Positions 59,083 through 64,000 of a stretch of 64,000 nucleotides of DNA are shown piece after piece. This stretch comes from Candidatus Krumholzibacteriales bacterium (lineage in GTDB: Bacteria; Krumholzibacteriota; Krumholzibacteriia; Krumholzibacteriales; WJIX01). The number at the start of each line of letters is the position of its first letter. Position 1 is the stretch's first letter. The translations under genes and the position numbers were made by a program. The notes beneath the pieces are model-generated. The model was not told the DNA's origin. It made no database searches and worked only from the letters and a program-made list of their open reading frames with translations. The stretch spans positions 37,384-101,383 of the forward strand of contig JAWODM010000066.1 of NCBI GenBank assembly GCA_046483305.1, in the 5' to 3' direction.

Positions 59083-59919
59083 CTATTTGAGATAATCCGG
59101 ATCAAGAACATAATTATCATACCTCTTAAGGCCGGCGTGTTCTATCACCGCCATCACCTTATCGACGTATTCTCCCCTGGCTTCACTGTAATTGTACAGC
59201 AGAGGGGCCAGTTCGTCAGGGTCGTCGGTCAGCTCGCGCCTCTCTCTGAAGGCCCGGTAAGGACCTCTGGCTATGGTCCTGTAATAATCAAGAACCGACC
59301 AGGGAAGGGCCCTGTATTTCTTCAGGTAAACAGATTGAACTCCCCTTTTCCCTGCCGCTTCCAATCTTGAATGGCTTTCATCGAAAGACCATATCCCGAA
59401 AGCGTTATTACCCTCCGCAAAGAATCTCGAACTTCCCCAGCCCGATTCCAGAGCCGCCTGGGCCAGAACTATGCTCGCCGGATGAACCGCCAGTTTGTAC
59501 CTGAGCTCATTTATATCCGACGCCCTGTATGCCTCCATCCTGCTTTCCAGGAAATCCCTGTCAGCGCTTCTCAGCCAGATCTGCCTCTTGCTCTTCTCCG
59601 ATATCCTCTCCACCCTTCTTCTTACCCCTTCAATATAATTATTTACAATAAGAATAGAGGGGAGCATCAGCTGTATGAATTTCCTTTTTCTCGTCCGCGG
59701 CGGCAAATCGTCCAGGTCTATGATATCAGTGTAAACCAGAGGCCTGACCTCTTTTCCCTCCAGGGGAAGAATATCATCAGGAGTATCAACTCTCACATAC
59801 TGTATATCAACGTACTTCTCGAAACCATCCTCCCGGCCGCAGCCGGCAAGCAGCAGTGCCAGCAGCATCATGAACAAAGGAGCGGACAATTTCACCTTTC
59901 CTCTTTTTCTGAGTTTCAT
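59083..59919 (-). CDS. Bax-like glucosaminidase (GH73-type) domain lipoprotein
   Basis: Lipobox LAG-C; LAQAALESGWGSSRF..EGNNAFG, YSE...EYV. Confidence 0.88.
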   Translation of the reverse strand: MKLRKRGKVKLSAPLFMMLLALLLAGCGREDGFEKYVDIQYVRVDTPDDILPLEGKEVRPLVYTDIIDLDDLPPRTRKRKFIQLMLPSILIVNNYIEGVRRRVERISEKSKRQIWLRSADRDFLESRMEAYRASDINELRYKLAVHPASIVLAQAALESGWGSSRFFAEGNNAFGIWSFDESHSRLEAAGKRGVQSVYLKKYRALPWSVLDYYRTIARGPYRAFRERRELTDDPDELAPLLYNYSEARGEYVDKVMAVIEHAGLKRYDNYVLDPDYLK

Positions 59920-60071
59920 TCTCCTCTCCGTGTCAGAATCTCCCGTATCTTCCGGTGGAAAAGATTATATATGGCGGCGCCGGCGGCGGGCAACCAAAAT
60001 AGTTATTGATATGCTCCTTCTTTAATCTTAAACTCCTAATCACCCTTTCACAGAGGAGCGGATTATAGATT

Positions 60072-61661
60072 ATGAGTTATAGGTACGGATTGATTTCAGT
60101 ATTATTGATTATCAGCTGGCTGCTGATATCCTCAGCTGTAACTCTCTCAGCGGCCGAGGATGAATCGGCCAGGATCATGGCGCTGGGCGGCAGCGTGGTG
60201 GAGGGGATAATCCCCGACTTCTATACCGATTTCAGGAATAATCCGGCGGTTCTGGCCGGCCTGGACAGAACCAGTATACTCTACAGGATGGTAGATCGTG
60301 ATATTGTTGACCTCCCATTCTTCATATTTGATTATGATTGGAACTTGGACAATCCCTATATGTATCATAGTTCGCCTATAAATGCGGCAGATATTTTCTG
60401 GGGAAGAGGACCGGGGAGTTGGAAAATCGCTCTTTCGACCGCCTGGGAGCTTTCCAGATCGGAATTAAATAGACCGGATATAGAATATTTCAATGATGAA
60501 TATAGTATCTATTCGAGAGAAAATATCAAAGACAGCTGGAGTCTCGATCTGACTGTTGCCCGCAGGGCAGGAAGTAATTTGCTTCTGGGGATGAGGGTTG
60601 GCGGCTATAGCTTTTATCAGAAGAATGAGGAAAGGGGATTCAGATGTTGGGAATACCATCGATTCGAGGATGCAGAGGAATTACTGAGAAAACAATATGC
60701 CAGGAATGACGGTTCGGGATTAATTGCAAGAAGATTATCGGCATATATAGAGTTCGGACTCAGAACAGAGAAGGAAAATGGAGAATTCAGCGAACTCTCA
60801 TTCAGGGTATCGAGAGCTTCAAATACTTACTATGAGAATGGCTGGTATATAAGGCTTGATTCCCGGTATGATGAATTCAGCGGCACAACATATCTGACTG
60901 ATCAACAATACAATTCCTCAAATCTTGAAAATTTTGCCGAAGGCAACAGCTGGATATTCGGTTTCAGCGGAAGGCACAGGAACGATTCAGGTTATATCGT
61001 TGCAGCATCAGCAACTTATGAAAGATGCCTTCACGACGGGGCCAGACTGAAAAGTATGGAAGACATTGACTACAACTACGTCGCTGAAGACCTGAAGGAA
61101 TTAAGGGAGAGCATCGATTTAAGAGGTGAAGGCAGTTCTGACAGGATGTCCGGCGCACTTAAGATAGGAAAGAAACTGATCCTGCGCAGGGACATTGATC
61201 TCTATCTGGGAATTGCGGGTTTTGGCTCGCATACGGGATGGAATTATGATCCGGTGACTGAATACAAATTGAGGTTGCGTAAAGATCATGATTATTACAG
61301 CGAGAGAAGCAGTGACAGGACTGAATTCTCCATGAAACTCAACAGCGCCGCAGTGTATCTTCCCGTTTCCCTGGAGTTCAAACCGGCCTCTTTCTTTACC
61401 TATTTTGCATCGGCAACTCCCTTCCTGCACGTAGAGGTGACCACCGAGAAGCTGGGACTGCCTGATTCGGGCATCTTTAATAATATCGACCAGATTTGCA
61501 GCAGTGAAATAACCACCAGGAATATATGGACCGATTACCGTATCACCACCGGGTTCAGGTTAAATTACAGAGATAAAATCCACGTTGATATCTTTACCGG
61601 TTCGTCCCTGTTCATCGAAAATCTGTCATATCTGGATATAAATATCGGATATAATTTCTGA
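60072..61661 (+). CDS. Hypothetical outer-membrane beta-barrel protein
   Basis: Signal peptide, ARIMALGG...NPA N-terminus (FadL/PorV-like start), amphipathic strands, C-terminal INIGYNF. Confidence 0.65.
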   Translation: MSYRYGLISVLLIISWLLISSAVTLSAAEDESARIMALGGSVVEGIIPDFYTDFRNNPAVLAGLDRTSILYRMVDRDIVDLPFFIFDYDWNLDNPYMYHSSPINAADIFWGRGPGSWKIALSTAWELSRSELNRPDIEYFNDEYSIYSRENIKDSWSLDLTVARRAGSNLLLGMRVGGYSFYQKNEERGFRCWEYHRFEDAEELLRKQYARNDGSGLIARRLSAYIEFGLRTEKENGEFSELSFRVSRASNTYYENGWYIRLDSRYDEFSGTTYLTDQQYNSSNLENFAEGNSWIFGFSGRHRNDSGYIVAASATYERCLHDGARLKSMEDIDYNYVAEDLKELRESIDLRGEGSSDRMSGALKIGKKLILRRDIDLYLGIAGFGSHTGWNYDPVTEYKLRLRKDHDYYSERSSDRTEFSMKLNSAAVYLPVSLEFKPASFFTYFASATPFLHVEVTTEKLGLPDSGIFNNIDQICSSEITTRNIWTDYRITTGFRLNYRDKIHVDIFTGSSLFIENLSYLDINIGYNF

Positions 61662-61684
61662 AAAACCCAAATAGCCCGGCGCAT

Positions 61685-64000
61685 TCAGGATTGCTGTTCT
61701 ATATCGCCCTGCCTGAGGGCGATAATGCTGGCCAGGCATATCGAAGAGAGTTTCGAACGGGCCGAATCCCCCCTGGACGTCAGCACTATCGGTATCCCGC
61801 CGCCGATGATAACTCCGGCCAGATAGGCGCCCGATGAGACAGTCAGCGACTTGTAGACGACATTTCCCGCTTCGATATCCGGCATTATCAGAATATCGGC
61901 GTTCCCCCTGATCTGGCCCCGGTAATGTTTCTCCTTCGCGGAGTGCGGGTCCATCGCGATATCCAGCGACAGGGGGCCCTCCACTATGCAGTCTTCACGG
62001 CCCTGGTATTCCCTGGCCAGCTCTCCCGCCTGCATGGATGACTCCACGCTCGGTATCATGGTTTCCACAGCGGATATCAGGGCAACTCTCGGTTTTATTA
62101 TATTAAGGTGCCTGGCAACCATAACCGCGTTTTCTATTATCTTCCTTTTTATTTTGGGGGGCGGGTTCGGAATCAGCGCAGCATCGGAAACGAACAGAAG
62201 CTTTGGATAGTTGGGGATCTGGAAAACGCCTACATGGCTGTATATACCCTCCTTCTTCATCCTTCCGCTCTCCTTGAGGTAACTGAGAGTTGCCTTCATG
62301 ATATCAGCGGTCTTGACGCTCCCCTTCATCAGAAGGTCTGCCTTGCCCGCATCCAGAAGCGCTATCGACTTCTCCACCGGGTCCCTGGAATCGACGATGG
62401 TATAGTTATCCCCGTCTACAGTTATATCATAGTCCCATGCGATCTTGTTCACTTCATAATAATCCCCTACCAGGAGGAACTTGGCCACCGGGTACCTGCC
62501 CTCTTCGTTAGCCTGCTTAGCGGCCACTACCGCATCCTCGTTTTCAGCTCCCACTATGGCAATCACCGGTGGTTTTCTCACCGCTACCATCGACCTGGCC
62601 ATATAGGCAACTTCATCCAGGCTGGTAACCGGTTCGGTCTCCTTCTTCCTGAGCTGTGGATCGGAGAATATCTCGGTGGCGAACAGCTTTTCCTCTTCCT
62701 CCCTCTTCTTTCTCAGCGCGCTCTTCTCCGCGTGGTAATCCCTTACCTCCGAAGGATTGTACCTGGCCCGCATATGCCCCGCCACCAGCGATTCATACTC
62801 TACCGAGCCGGGGATTACCGCTATCGAAAAGTGAGGATACAGCTTCCGGCTGATCATCGAGGAGAACTCCCCGCTCCTGGAGAGCCCGCCGGTAAGAAGA
62901 ACCAGGTCAACTCCCTGATTAACCGCCGAAAGTTTCATTATCGCCCCCGCGACATTCCTGGCCATGAAATCTATCACTATATCTATCTTTTTCTTCTGGC
63001 TGCCCATCGCCCCGGAATCCCTGAAATGCAGAAGGGCCCGGAAGTCGTTGGTGCCGGTAAGATCCATCATTCCCCCCTGGCCGTACAGGTACTTCTTCAG
63101 TTCGTGCAGGCTCATCTCCTTGTTATCAATAGCTCTGAGAAGAATACCCAGCGGAATATTGCCGCATCTGTTGGCGCTGGGAATCCCGGAGAAGGCGTTG
63201 ACCACATCGACTATCCTGCCTCCTTCGTGCCTGACCACCGAAATTCCGCCCCCTATATGAGCTCCCACCGTGGTGGCCCTTTCCTCATCCAGCCCGGTTA
63301 TATGGCATGCCAGGCGGTGAACCGCCCTCTGGTTAAGGTAGTGAACTCCCCGGCCGTCTCTGATTATTTTCTTAATACCTGTCAGGCGGGCGGCAGTTTC
63401 CATCTCATCGGATGCAACCGGATCTGTCATGGTCACCAGGGTATTCTCCCCGCAGCCGAATTCATCATGAAGTATCATCCCTATCCGGACCCCCATATTG
63501 GAAGCGTGTTCTATTATAGGGTTCTTCACGTCAGCGATCATTTCGTCACACACCCGGTAGGTCCCGGTCGGCACAGCGCCCACGAACCCTCCCCTGCATG
63601 CGATCCCGTCGAGGTCGTCCTTTCCGATACCCTCTCCGGAAAGCCACTTTGTGATCTCTCCGGCCCTGGCCTCCACACTGTCGTCATAATCAGGGGGAAG
63701 ATGAACCTCTTCCTCGGCTATCAGCCTGAATCCTTCGTATAAAGCCAGCTTGGTTGAGGTGGAGCCGGGGTTGATGCATACCACTTTTTCTTTTTCCGCT
63801 TCGGGGGGTAGCGCTCCCGGCCCGTAGAGACCTCTGATCATCCTGCCGGGCCCGGCTGCCGATGATTTAAGGTCGTTTATCAGCTGTCTGAAGATATTAC
63901 CCCAGGCCTGCTGCCAGTCACTGTTCATGACCCGGGGCCGCAGATTACGGACCACCCCCTGGATCAGATCCAGGTATTCTTCTTCATTCCTGAAACGGCC
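61685..64000 (-). CDS. Butyrate kinase / phosphate butyryltransferase fusion; 5' end lies beyond the window
   Basis: Buk motifs INPGSTSTK, CRGG, HASN, DPV..DE, AHIGGGISV, then Ptb motifs LMKG, GPLSLD, PDIEAGN, LTSR. The frame stays open to base 64000 (GRFRNEEEYLDLIQGVVRN). Confidence 0.9.
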   Translation of the reverse strand, partial: GRFRNEEEYLDLIQGVVRNLRPRVMNSDWQQAWGNIFRQLINDLKSSAAGPGRMIRGLYGPGALPPEAEKEKVVCINPGSTSTKLALYEGFRLIAEEEVHLPPDYDDSVEARAGEITKWLSGEGIGKDDLDGIACRGGFVGAVPTGTYRVCDEMIADVKNPIIEHASNMGVRIGMILHDEFGCGENTLVTMTDPVASDEMETAARLTGIKKIIRDGRGVHYLNQRAVHRLACHITGLDEERATTVGAHIGGGISVVRHEGGRIVDVVNAFSGIPSANRCGNIPLGILLRAIDNKEMSLHELKKYLYGQGGMMDLTGTNDFRALLHFRDSGAMGSQKKKIDIVIDFMARNVAGAIMKLSAVNQGVDLVLLTGGLSRSGEFSSMISRKLYPHFSIAVIPGSVEYESLVAGHMRARYNPSEVRDYHAEKSALRKKREEEEKLFATEIFSDPQLRKKETEPVTSLDEVAYMARSMVAVRKPPVIAIVGAENEDAVVAAKQANEEGRYPVAKFLLVGDYYEVNKIAWDYDITVDGDNYTIVDSRDPVEKSIALLDAGKADLLMKGSVKTADIMKATLSYLKESGRMKKEGIYSHVGVFQIPNYPKLLFVSDAALIPNPPPKIKRKIIENAVMVARHLNIIKPRVALISAVETMIPSVESSMQAGELAREYQGREDCIVEGPLSLDIAMDPHSAKEKHYRGQIRGNADILIMPDIEAGNVVYKSLTVSSGAYLAGVIIGGGIPIVLTSRGDSARSKLSSICLASIIALRQGDIEQQS

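Noticed and set aside
62108..63742. 544-aa plus-strand ORF and similar long antisense ORFs (e.g. 3949-4869, 18357-19217)
   Set aside because: They lie opposite well-supported genes and have no recognisable motifs; expected from codon bias.

Overview
A gene-dense bacterial chromosome segment with no prophage, transposase, CRISPR array or rRNA. Lipoproteins, probable outer-membrane proteins and Fe-S enzymes suggest a diderm, probably anaerobic organism. Peptide and amino-acid use dominates: SppA, PepC, PepD, a secreted papain-like protease with an IPTL-CTERM-like tail, POT and YfcC transporters, a tryptophanase and a butyrate kinase/phosphate acyltransferase fusion. Other blocks are a MoxR-DUF58-BatA-E operon, a complete chemosensory operon (cheR-mcp-cheW-cheD-cheB-cheA-cheC-cheY) ending in TPR and DUF4388-TPR genes, addAB, a non-Cys Thi4, ArfB, and orphan two-component genes. 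The most unusual items are: (1) an apparent operon of tRNA-Trp(CCA) with an atypical A73 discriminator, an Fe-S-type TrpRS and a divergent tryptophanase; (2) a ~190-nt structured intergenic RNA candidate with three C-rich motifs, upstream of three G-rich repeats and two unknown genes; (3) a ~192-bp MITE-like element; (4) several sigma54-like promoters, one with paired upstream palindromes in front of a decayed gene. All calls come from reading motifs by eye; no database searches were run.
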